From NCBI GenBank assembly GCA_013115145.1, contig JAAPAO010000247.1, forward strand, positions 1 through 47,384: a stretch of 47,384 nt of DNA, read 5' to 3'. Position 1 is the stretch's first letter, and each line of letters opens with the position of its first letter. The stretch comes from Perkinsus chesapeaki ATCC PRA-425 (Eukaryota; Protista; Perkinsozoa). Position numbers and translations under genes: made by a program. This document shows positions 22,327-34,128 of the stretch, in pieces. Below the pieces are notes generated by a model. The model worked only from the letters and a program-made list of their open reading frames with translations. It was not told the origin of the DNA and made no database searches.

Positions 22327-24390
22327 ATGAAGCTGACCGCTTTCCACCCTCTTCTTGCGATAGTTGTCGGATGGGGCAATGATAAGAACAAGCCAACCGG
22401 AGGTCAACACAGGCCAACCCAAGTGGAGATTCCCTTCAACGAGTTTGGAGAACTCTCCCACAGTACTTTCCACAACTTCATCGAGCTCTTTATTATCTTT
22501 AGGTCAACTTCAGCACATCCAATCAACAGTTTTTCACGACAAAAAGGCGAACCCAGGAGAAATTGGAGGACTTATTGTTACACCTGATGGACGGGAGCTT
22601 CTTGCTGTGACTGCAAATGCGTAAGTTGTTGCTAACATCACATATCCACACATCTCATTAGTCAATTCCTTTCCTTGCGGCTTGCTGATAGAAGAGACAA
22701 TCTGTTTGAAATTGAGAAGCTTTGGAGGCATGAAATGCTCAATATCGAAGGAGAAGTGATGACCCAAGATGAATGTGGGTTTATAAAGACTGTTTCGATA
22801 TTGTCTTATCATTCCTCTCTATCAGGCTCACCGTGGGGTTTGACTACTGGAGCTGTCTATGGCGGGAGCGTCAAAGGCGATTTTTACGTTACTTGCGCGA
22901 ATAATCCAGGAATAGGTTTGCAGGTCCCGGACCCGTGCATCACTTTGCGGTATTGGTTGCTGCAACCGATGCTGCCTCAGAATCATGCGTTATTGCTGTG
23001 AACATCAGTAATATTCTTCAGATTCAAAGATAATGCTGTCTCGGATGTGGCCTTAGCGTCTGTTTGGGAATCTTGTGAAACAAATCCCGCGATGACTGCT
23101 GTACTGAAGCTACGTAGGTGAGTGTTGGGGTGTATAGTAATTGCTGTCCAACCAGGTGAATATGAAGATGCCGTGCTGCTGGTCGTTTATTATGAGTGGA
23201 TAGAGGCCAACCCCTCCTTCTCCGGCGTTGCGGTCCCCACTGGAAGTACAGTGGATGGAGTCAAAGTGCTCACCATCGTTGTAGCCAAGAGCGAGTTCAT
23301 GAGGACTGCCAATCCCGTCTTGTTTGTCAGATGCATGGTGACTATCAGTTGGTCAGCATGTCCCAGTTCAACAACGGTGATGTCATGATGCTACTCAACA
23401 AGTAACTTTGTGAATCCTAAAGCAATGTGATGTTTCTTCAGGCCCAATGCCCCTGAAGGTAACAGAGAGATGATCATTGCTTATTCGACTGCCGCCGATG
23501 TCTCTGCCGCTGTGCATCTTCTCTCACCACTCTCCCCGAAGGTCCTTCTCAGGCTCCGGGAAACAGATGGGTAGGGATTGTTGCAAATATCGTGTTTCCG
23601 TCAGGGTTGATGTCCAGGGTTCCCGCACCAGGCGCTCGCTTTATTCAATTCATTCTTCATCGTTTCACGCTACGCTGCTACCACACACTGTCGAATGACT
23701 TTCGTCCATGGTCTGCTATCACCATATTCGCTCATTTTTAGTACCCGCCGTTCCACAGGTACAACATCGGGGATGTGAAAGGCCTAGCTATACAGGAAGA
23801 TCCGAAGACTGGCCGTTCCTTTATCTACATTATCGGTAACATATATAATCACGCAGAGGTGAGATAAGATAGGTGAACTTCGTAGGGATAACTCTCCGTC
23901 CTTTCTTTCAGAATAGGCTGGAAATGCAATTGGCAAAATATGCTTGGACGCCGAAAGTGAAATCCGAATAAGCCAGTGATTCCCTGGCAGTGAAGATACC
24001 CTACAGTGGTTCGGAATGTGCATTTGTGCCATTGGCACAGTGCCACTCGGTTCTCATCTGCCGACGGTCGGCAGCCGACCTGCTTTCTCAAACAATGATT
24101 CATGATGTATCTTATTCTGACTTTTCTTAGTCGCTCGGGCGTCTATCAGACTAAGGTAAACTCATTTTTGCTTCGGCTTTTTCATTCGGTCTCACGACAA
24201 CAACCACTACAAGTCTTCGACTGTTAGTGTATAGTAGTGTTGTTACATCTACAAACTGCGTAAAGGGCCACAGATGTCCATCGTTAAAACCATATCATAA
24301 TATTTGTGTTCTACAGAGTAAATAATATAACCTAGTATTAACGCAGGCTGTGACGGAGATTTCTTGCACACAGCCTACGGTACCTTTACG
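22327..24390 (+). CDS. Putative secreted protein with beta-propeller-like blades; multi-exon, 3' end uncertain
   Basis: Signal-peptide-like start MKLTAFHPLLAIVVG. Blade-like segments EIGGLIVTPDGRELLAVT, PWGLTTGAVYGG...FYVTC and VKGLAIQEDPKTGRSFIYII are separated by short GT-AG introns. Confidence 0.5.
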
Positions 24391-24440
24391 GTAAGTTTCA
24401 ACACGGTATCCCTCTCCGAGGTCTTATTCCCTTAATTGGC

Positions 24441-24738
24441 CTTATATGCCCCTTGTAGGTGCCTTCATTGACCTTATATGCCCCTTGTAGGTGCCTTCAT
24501 TGACCTTATATGCCCCTTGTAGGTGCCCTTATTGACCTTATATGCCCCTTGTAGGTGCCCTTATTGACCTTATATGCCCCTCGTAGGTGCCCTTATTGAC
24601 CTTATATTCCCCTCGTAGGTGCCCTTATTGACCTTATATGCCCCTTGTAGGTGCCCTTATTGACCTTATATGCCCCTTGTAGGTGCCCTTATTGACCTTA
24701 TATGCCCCTCGTAGGTGCCCTTATTGACCTTATATGCC
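24441..24738. repeat. 32-bp minisatellite, 9 copies plus a partial, after a GTAAG donor at about 24391
   Basis: Unit CTTATATGCCCCTTGTAGGTGCCCTTATTGAC starting at 24441 with period 32 up to 24729. Minor variants occur (CCTTC/CCCTT, TTG/TCG); there are no spacers. Confidence 0.97.
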
Positions 24739-24862
24739 ACCAACAAATATACCATGATATAGAAGAAACAGAAAAACGAATGGGACGGATATTAGTATGA
24801 CTGTATTAATCGGATATTGCAGATGACCGAATCGGATAAATGTGTGCTGGTCGGAAATAATG

Positions 24863-24884
24863 GTGACGCCGCGTCACTGACGCG
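24863..24884. mobile_element. Putative hAT-type excision scar (22-bp X/X'/X)
   Basis: GTGACGC-CGCGTCAC-TGACGCG; inferred 8-mer GTGACGCG. Confidence 0.7.
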
Positions 24885-25285
24885 CCGGATATTTGCTTGC
24901 GGTCCCTGTAGTTGATCTCCCTGATCTGTATGCGATCCTGTATCTCATCACTGTGTAGCTACCGAGTACAAACAGCTTCCTCGGAGCCTCATGAGATTCA
25001 GTCGAAGAGGAGCAAGCAACAGAATTATTGACAAACAGCTACTCAACATCATCAAGGATGACTAGGAACGTTGAACTATATAGCAGTCAGATACGAATCG
25101 ATGATCCAGATATTGATACTCTCTCTTCGCATTACTAGTGGACAAATCTTTAGACCAAGATCGGATTCGACGTGGCATACGAGCCACGATAGCCTTCTTT
25201 CACAAAGAAGGATTTTATACATCTGACAATAGTAACTTTACAAAGCCACAGAATCATTTGCACTACGGTAGGGCTCCCTTCGACT

Positions 25286-25430
25286 CATAACGTCGAAAAG
25301 GTTATCTTTCCATGAATAGTCGAACCTAATAATCCGATCCATCACAGTGAAACACCAAGTACATGACATCACCTCAACTGGATACTTTCTTCCTTGTAAA
25401 GTAAGCTTCGGGCGGCCTTCACATTCTGAC
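25286..25430 (-). pseudogene. Inverted, intron-containing fragment of the RRM gene (copy of about 12154-12313)
   Basis: The reverse complement reads TTTACAAGGAAGAAAGTATCCAGTTGAG-GTGATGTCATGTACTTGG...GGATTATTAG-GTTCGACTATTCATGGAAAGATA, nearly identical to the RRM exon-intron-exon. The ORF track gives the matching peptide LQGRKYPVEVM. Confidence 0.9.
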
Positions 25431-25856
25431 TTCATTTTTTTCGTTCATCATGGACGAATGAATTCTGTAACACCGACGACGTTCTGGTAACGGTAAATAG
25501 TATGCAAGATATCTCTATATTTACAACGGCAATAATGATGCAGTATAAGTATACGACGGTGGAGCCTGTGAGGGAGGTGGAATGGTTACGAATTAGGAAC
25601 TGAAAGGGACAGCATTACACAATCCCATACCTCTGCCCAGCACCGAATAGCGTTACCTTTTATCACGAACTTACTATCAATTTAGTTTACCTAATTTCAT
25701 ATCATAACGCGACACATGCAATCCACCGTCAGTCGACATTCAAATTTTACAATATAAAATAATTTTATAACACAGAAGATTAATTCTATAGATTCTGTTT
25801 TCTACAGCTGACCATTCGAATAGGATGAATGCCTGTTATTTTAAAATGATACCAGT

Positions 25857-27460
25857 TTATATCTTCTCGTTCCAGTTACTACCAGAATTCACTGACGCCG
25901 GTGTTTTCCGCCGAAAGGTTAATGTGCTCCTGGAGCCCCAAGTGTCAAATTGAAGGACACCTCCAAGAATGCATCCAACAATAGTTAGCATATCGACACC
26001 GGGTTCAATCTGATCGACGACTTTGAATGGATGTTCGATTACATTTCCTACAACAAAATGGTGCCCGTCATAATTGTTCTTATCCCAATGAACTCTCGCG
26101 ACATCTCCCCGACTTGGATGGGATATGACAATACTGCTATTAGAGTCGGCAACAAAAACAAGACCTAATGCCACCAAGTTCCCTGTCAACAGTAGCCACT
26201 AACAGTTAATGCTACCAGTGATGGAACATTCGGCTTTGGTCTTTCCCAAGACACTTCTGTGTTCTACAATGTTGGCCAGCTTTTCATTTTCGGGCGTCGT
26301 GAGGACGACATTGTCATCTCCACGCTGAATAGGGACAACATATTTGTTGGAACTTCCGCGAAGCTCAGTTCGCTTCTAAAATGTTTTTTCGAAAATTCTC
26401 CCCAAAAAATCTATTATTAGAAGTATTCTTCTGCAACAGGCCATCCGAACGCCTTACTTTTCGAAAAAGTTTTTCCCTCTGCCATCACAGGCTAAGTCGC
26501 CGAAAATACGCATACAGTCCCGAGCAACAAAAAATGACGAGTTCCGTAAGCCGTCGATCCGCAGTCAAGCAAGGCACAACCATCCGTGGTTGAAGTGTCG
26601 GAACCAACTATACGGCTGGATGTGCTGCAAGCGCTCCTCCCCCCCAGCAGCCTCATTACATGGGTTGTTGAGAGCAAGAGCAGGCCGGTGGTGCAATCAA
26701 GTATCTGGGCGTTCTCGCCGAATCTGACAAGATACTTATAAAGCTTTGCCTGCTGCCCAACGTACTTCAACATCAACATTATAGGCTTTCCCTTCGAGTC
26801 CAATACGGCACTAGTGTCACCGTCTATTCCAAGGTTAGCTATGTCGGCTGTGAGCTCCTAAATAGATTAAACGAAGGCAGCTCAGCAGGAGTCGTAGAGG
26901 CACATGAGAAGTCAGAAGTAAGGCAATTGATGCTCCCCTTCATCTGGGATCATATCTTCATTATATGCCCCACAGAAGTGCAATGTCAATGAGTGCAGTT
27001 GTACTTGCGGACTGTAAATTTTACCCCAAGCTCGTGGCGAGTTTTTGTGAAGATGCCCTGGGATATTACCGTCTTTTTGGGAGCTATCCATTTAGGATTC
27101 GACGACCATCCCATCACTTCTATAGCGGACCGGCTCTCGGGTGATCTGAAAAGGAGCGTGGATTTCATTACATTCATTGTCTTATTCAATATACAGTATG
27201 CGTATTTTACTAAATTAGATTTTCGTAAGGGGGCGTATTTTACTGTTAAAACCTTTGTCGAGTATGAAAAGTTGAGCGGGTTATTCTAAAGCTAATAGCT
27301 TGTCCTAATAATATAATTTTTGCCTAATGATATAAGAGCACTAATTATAACATGGAATAGGTCTCTTGAGGGGCCCCTACATAGAGCGGAGAGTGCCAGG
27401 TCCACTGGCACTGGGAAAGGGGGCCGGAGAGGTAGCAGCTTTGGAGGATGAACATCCCAT
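25857..27460 (-). CDS. LURP-one-related/Tubby-C (scramblase-superfamily)-like protein with an N-terminal acylation motif
   Basis: Start MGCSSSKAATSP (ATG at 27460). The internal VLDSKGKPIMLMLK and C-terminal VVDQIEPGVDMLTIVGCIL resemble the LOR family D..G.pl and v.PGVD..li motifs. The splice path is only partly resolved. Confidence 0.55.
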
Positions 27461-28191
27461 TAATACAACAAATAACTGGGAACGATAACAATACACCAGT
27501 TTCACAGAGCGGGCTGTGTTCGATGACAGGACGAAATCGTGGAGAAGGCGTGACGAAATTGATGGAGCCGTGGAGCTTATGGAGCTCCACACGGGGGACG
27601 TGGCGTTATGGGCACCTCTAAGGCTTTTTACGGAAAGCTCTTTTCATCAGGCCATTCGGCGCTTAGGTTATTTTATTGATTGGGCGATGGGTCAAATCCT
27701 GGTTGGGTCACTTCTTGCGTATTTATTTCTAACCACGACGACGTGCACGCATGAACACGACGCAACTCGCAGTATTTCGTGACAGCAGACTTTTCAGCGA
27801 GTGTGGCGAGGTTTGATTGATAATATAATCATCAGAATATCGAAATGAGAATTGGAGAAGACATAATTCGACCTATTTAAGAATCTTTCACCTCGAGCAT
27901 CTTTACCCTTCGGATAGCACCTACTGGTTGAGGAAAGATACTCCTTATTACCCTATCAATTAGTCTGCTGTATGGCTGAGGAGAAGGTCCATAAGCTTCC
28001 CTAAAACCCCCTGCACACGGTTTAGCAGCAAATATGGGATCAAATAACATTTAAGCTAGTGAGCTAGCTTTGTCGCTAGTGGGCACTAGGGGAGATTGCC
28101 CATTGTTCACATTTTAAAAGGTGTACAGTATTATCAACTTTTGTATAGGCTTTCTCTATCCAATAAGCAATATCAGGCTAATAGGACGAGG

Positions 28192-31100
28192 ATGCCCAGT
28201 GTGGTTTCAGAGTTCACTGGATTAGTAAAAGTGAACACCTATACATCTGTGCAGTTTATAGAATTGATATTTTCTGTAATTATGGTTGAGAGAGAGGTAC
28301 TTCCTACCAACTTTGAGGTCAGCCAATATGATATCCATCTTGCCCCTTCATTTGAAACCTCAAGGTAGGATACCTCGCCACCATTACTAATACATATCTA
28401 TCAGGTTTCAAGGCTCGGTTGATGTTCATCTCGATATACTACAACCAACTACCTCGATAGTGCTCAATGCGCAAGAGCTTCTCATTGACCCTGAGGTAAG
28501 ATATAGTAGTGTTCACTTGGTAACAATTGAATTCAAATTCGTGTGGTTTAAGATGCCATATGGGACACTGAAGGGAGGAATTGCAAATGACTTGAATTTT
28601 TCATTTGGGACTCCCGAATTGGGAAGTACGTATGTTATAAATAATAATCGTATAAAAATAGTCCTGGCGGTGATCCCCCAAGGCTTCTAGTGTGCAAATG
28701 TTTGGGATGAACTTAATGTTAATAAAGCGAATTAAAGTAGACCTGTTATAGACTCGTTAACAGGTTACCTTCAAAAGTGATAATGAGGAGCTAAAGGCGA
28801 CAAGCGTCGTAGTAGACGTTGAGAGGACCGAAGTATCTTTTAAGTGAGTCCAAGATATCTCATTGTGAAGTATCCCGACGTGTCAGGTTCGGTCAGGAGC
28901 TCCGTAAAGGAGCAGGTGTGTTGAGCGTTAAGTTTGTTGGGACTAATAATGACAAGATGTGCGGCTTTTATCGATCAAAGTAATAACGGCGCTGTCTTTG
29001 AGTGTAATCGCTGGGTTGTATGCACTTACTATCACTCGCTCACTAACTACATTACACGTACTAATTACGCCTTTTATTTAAGTAGTTTTGTATATTTTAC
29101 ATCCCTCTGAAATACGTGAAGTCGTGTGAAAAAATTTTTGTGACTTTGCTCAGCAGTTGTCCCATTTGTGCTACCTTTAGATATACCGATCTTGATGGTG
29201 CAAGCCACTATATGTTAACTACTCATTTTGAGGCATGGTATGCAAGAAGGGCGTTCCCTTGTGTTGATGAGCCGGCAAGGAGAGCTATTTTTAAGATTAG
29301 TATTACTACTGAGGCTGATAAACAGGTAGTGCTGGCGGAAGATAGGATATGGTAAATAATAGAGATGCGCTTTGCACTTAGTTCTCACTGTAGTGTCTGT
29401 CCTTCCGTGTTTGCCTTGAATGGGTATGAAGGAGCTTGCCTCCATTCTATCTGTCCAGACACCGGAGCTGCTGGGGAATATTAATATATGGTACTGAAGA
29501 GCGTGGCACGTATTGTAGTCGATGTAAAACATTGTCCATATGGAGAATGCGCCCCTCGCGTTTTATCGAAGTGCTTCCCGTTTCTAGTTTTCGGTTTATG
29601 GCCTCTATTTTGTATTCACGGGAAGTGTCGATTCGTATATGTACATTAAAAAACCTATGTCGAATACATTGTCAACTCTGCTGCTATTAGGTCGTCTCCA
29701 ATATGCCGGTTGCATCTCGGGAGGTCTTCAAGAGCGGCAAGGACGACCACACCGTTTACCAGACGGTCGAGTTTTTACCTACCCTGAAAATGAGCAGTTA
29801 CCTCGTTGCTTTCTGTGTGGGTGATTTCGAGTGTGTACAGAAAATGACTAACAATGGCACACTGGTAAGCTCCGGTAGGCTCATTTGTGTGGTGGATTTC
29901 CGGCGTAAGTTCGAGTCCCAGGGTCGGCATGTTAGGTTCGTGTTATTTGCACCCCTGGTAAGAAGAGCCTTTGCAACTTTGCTTTGGATGTCGGAGTCAG
30001 AGTTCTCCAATGGTAGTAGCGCCCCTCCAATCGTATTGACTATCCTGTTTGGTGAACACCTCCGTCCGCTTTCTCCCTCTTTCTCCTATGGTTGCGATAG
30101 ACTCACAGTATTTCGCCTTTACCGACGTAATTGAGCACTTAATATCATATTAATAATAAAAAGTGATGATATGGTATCATCATTTTTCGTATTATCCTTG
30201 ATGCTTCATATCCCTCCTTGAACGCCCGCTGTGTATTTTCTATCTTTTGGAAGATATCTTTACTTCAGCTCATTTGAGAATGATAATAGCAGTGTATCAA
30301 TGTCGCAGGTACGAAGGCTTCTTTGGGACCAAGTTCCCTCTGCCCAAGTTGGACATGATTGCTATACCAGACTTCGCTATGGGGGCTATGGAGAACTGGG
30401 GGCTAGTTACCTTCAGGGAAGTGGATCTGCTGTGTGATGCTGAAAAGGTACGTATGGGGAATTGAACTTGGGTTTACGGGTATGTAGTCTGCTGCTCTAC
30501 TGTTCGGCTATTTAGGCTTCATTTGCTCGACAAGAGCGTGTTGCTACTGTTGTTGCCCATGAGCTTTCCCACATGTGGTTTGGCGATCTGGTGACTCTGA
30601 GCTGGTGGGATCAGCTTTGGTTGAAGGAAGGTTTCGCCAGATTTATGCAGCACTTGAGCACCGATGAAGGCCTCTTCCCCGAATGGCGAATCTGGAACTA
30701 GTACTCAAGTTGACCTCGAAAATACCTTTTCATCGACCTCTCAGTTACATCACGACGTGTTATGAGAAGTGCCTTCAGATGGATGGTTTGAGATCAAGTC
30801 ATCCCATTGAGGTTGAGATTCACCGGGCTCATGATGTGGAGCAGGTAGGATTCTTCGACAGCAATTTGCGCTGGTACATTTCATAATAATAGTGCTTTGT
30901 CTCATTCAACTACGGTTACTCTTCATACTATATAATGGATTATGACATACTGGTTGCATTTTGGATTTATATATTCCAACTTAATTGCTAATTATTATAA
31001 TTTGTATTTTTATCAGTTATTTCTCCTTCATAAGTAATTATTAAAAATTTGATTATTATCGTAATAATATTTTAATATTTATCATTGCGTGAGAGAATAG

Positions 31101-33509
31101 TTAGTTCCCGAGATCCCGACAAGGTCCCGTGATGTCAACAAAAAGCGGTTTCGGCGAGTCATGTGTTGCTCAGACACTATCAATTAGTCGTTGAACGTTC
31201 GCGGCTGCTGACGGTTTTCCTCCTGATCAGGTGTTTGACGCTATCTCATACGATAAAGGTTCCCAGATGGTTAGGATGCTGTATGCTATCCTTGGTGCGG
31301 ATACGTTCCGTAAAGGTTGCCAGTTGTATATGCATAAATATGAATATGGCAGTACTGTCACTTCTCAGTTGTGGGAGGCATTTGAGGAGGCAAGTGAAGG
31401 ATTAACATGGAGGAATATTAGTCATTGTGCGCATTAGGGTATCTTTTATAGTGCGTAGTAAGGGTATAATATATGACTGTATTCTTTATAGTGCGTATAA
31501 GGGTATCTTCCATTATGCGAGCCCTCTGTTGTACTACAACACCTCCCTGTCATGTATCTGAAAGCCCTCGAGCATGTTTAATCCTTACCTTACTCTCACC
31601 ATTGTTCAGGCCTCTGGAAAGCAATTAAAGGATATGATGGCCAGTTGGACGGAGCAGATGGGTTATCCTATTATCGAAGTTGGTCCAGTTGTCAACGGCA
31701 AGTGTAAAGTGACCCAGTCCTACTTCCTTGGAGACGGTTCGGTCCAACCTGGTGACTCTGACAAGCACTGGATCGTTCCGATCTTTGTCGGATCTAATAA
31801 GACGCCTGCTGGCAGTAATGGTGACCTTACCATCATGACCGAGAGGGAGATGGAAATCGCTGTGGATGGCCAAGCGAAGTGGGTGTCCTTCAAGTTCGGG
31901 GCCCTGGTGCCTTATAGAGTTCAATACAAGTCGAACGAGATGTGGTCTTCGCTTGTTAAAGGTATTCGAGATGGTGAGCTATCTGTAAAGGATCGTATTG
32001 CTGTTATCGATGATATCTGGGCCATGGTTAAAGCGGGTCGCTCCATGCCCGAGGAAGCCACTAATACGTTGAAGGCATTCGCGAAGGAGGAGGACCCTGA
32101 TGTGTGGCAGGCTTTGCGTGGTGTGATCGCGGGTATGTCTACAATGTGCCGAGGTGTCGGGCAATCTGAGGGGTTAAATCGTTTGGTTGCGGCGATGATC
32201 ACACCGGTGCTGGCCAAGATTGGCTGGGAGGCTTCCTATGGCGAGGACATCAAAACGAGACAGCTACGGTCGAATCTGGTGGCGCTCGCGAGCGTGCATT
32301 GCAGGGAGAACAAGGAGTATGTCAAGATTGCTGTCGATATGATGGAGCACTTCTTCGCCGACCAGTCGAGTCTGGCCGATGATATTCGCCAATCGATTTT
32401 CCGTCTTGCCCTTGGTGGCTCCAATGTTGAGGTATCCGAGAAGTTATGGCACAAGTTGATGAAGGTGGCAGAGGATCCTCATACTGCCCAAGGCACTCGA
32501 GTGGATGCCTTCGCTACTTTGGGGTAAGCAAATGATCATTAATGTGTGTTGTTGATGAGGCTCGCGTAATATAATCGTTTTAGTGTGGGAGAACTAATAG
32601 TTGATTGCAACGGGTGTTGTATACGGATAAAGGTTCGAAACAGATTTCATGTGGCTCTGTTATCACAGTTATTCCTGGTCACTTGTGGACTGGCTAATAT
32701 CATCTTTACTAATACGAGTTCATTACGTCTTTTTCAATTTTTCTGGTTGACATTCGTCTTTTGCGATCGACATGTTATACCTCTATTCACAACATCATTT
32801 CCTAGTGTTTTTACACACTAGTTTTTGCACACTGTTTTTACACTTTTAGACCGTATTTTTATTATTTCGGCATGCTGCTATATATAACTTTGTTTTTCGC
32901 TTGCCTATCATTCTCTTTCAGGTTCGTTACCGATCCAGTGTTAAAGCAACGTACCCTAGACTGGTCTCTCAGCTCATCAGTGAAGCCTCAGGATTTCTTC
33001 CAGCCAATGCTTGGTAAGAGGGCTAATCGAGGGGTCGTTGTCGGAATCACCAGTTCTTACCAAAACTAATATGGCTTTTGCTAGACCGCCCAATATGGGT
33101 ATTCCCGTCACCTGTGTAGCTTAGATGACATCATCTCAGGTGTTCGTGCTTCCGGAGCCGAGGCGGCCAAAGGTTGCTGGAACTGGCTTGAGGCCAACTT
33201 CCCTGCAGTATTCGCCAGAGTGTCCACTTCAAGACCGAACCTTCTCACCAACGTATTCAACTGCTGTGCTGGTGGCTCTTATACGGAAGATATGGCAGAA
33301 AGAGTTGAGGCTCTTGGCAAGAAATACAACCTCAAGATTGTAGGCGGAGCGAAGCGAGGAATGTTTGACATTTTTGATTTGATCAGGTTGCAAGGGCTTT
33401 GTCGCAGCTTTGCGAGTCTATTAGAGCGAACGCTCGTCTCGTCGATTCGGCGAAGTCGAGTGTTGTTGCGAGCGGTGACTATTGGAATGCTTTAACTACT
33501 GCTATGTGA
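28192..33509 (+). CDS. M1-family zinc aminopeptidase, puromycin-sensitive aminopeptidase-like, about 14 exons
   Basis: [25 protein letters not shown] (30382-30396), HELSH-x18-E (from 30558), [18 protein letters not shown] and an ERAP1-C-like C-terminal region; all splices are in frame. Confidence 0.97.
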
Positions 33510-34128
33510 AGGGCATTATTATCACGCTGTTTTACCGGCATATATGTCTCGGAGTTTCATTAGCTTATTTGGTGATTGCGTTTGAAGTTGAGGGTGGGGG
33601 AGCGACGTAAGACCCGAGATTGCGACACTAATCTCATATTAGTGAACCGCGCTCAGATGCAAAAGTAGGCCACCGATACTGCCTGGACGGTTGAGCAAAC
33701 GGAATCACATGGGGCATGTCAGCACGACAAACTATACAAGGAAGCACTTCGTCCGAAGTTAGATTGATAAGTTGATCGCGAACACTGTGGAATAAATAGT
33801 ATTTAACGTTCAAGTCTACGGGCTTAAAAACATAACAAGTGTGCTGCGCTTTATCAACTTTCAAATGGCAAACTGGAGATGCCTGAACTGACCAAATGCA
33901 ACGGGAGCAACTAGCAATCGGGACGCAAACCTTCTTAGCTACCAAGGCTTCGCGATTGCTCTGGGGGGGACAGTAAAGCCCACTTGAACCGGTGTCTTAA
34001 GAGGTAATTTTCATGAATATATCGGCACGTTTTAGCTTATTCTCTGTCGCGAAAATTTTTTGGTCAAGAAGCCATACTTCGGCGGGCCTGACGTTCAGCA
34101 CCCCATCTCTAGTTGGTTGTTTTGCCTG

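Noticed and set aside
24441-24738. 32-bp repeat array as a CRISPR array
   Set aside because: The units are contiguous with no unique spacers, the context is a eukaryotic intron, and no cas genes are present; it is a minisatellite.
1884-31497. CTTTATAGTGCGTA shared by MDH intron 1 and the aminopeptidase intron (31484; partial copy 31445)
   Set aside because: Several 14-mer matches are expected by chance in a 47-kb self-comparison, and the flanks show no homology.
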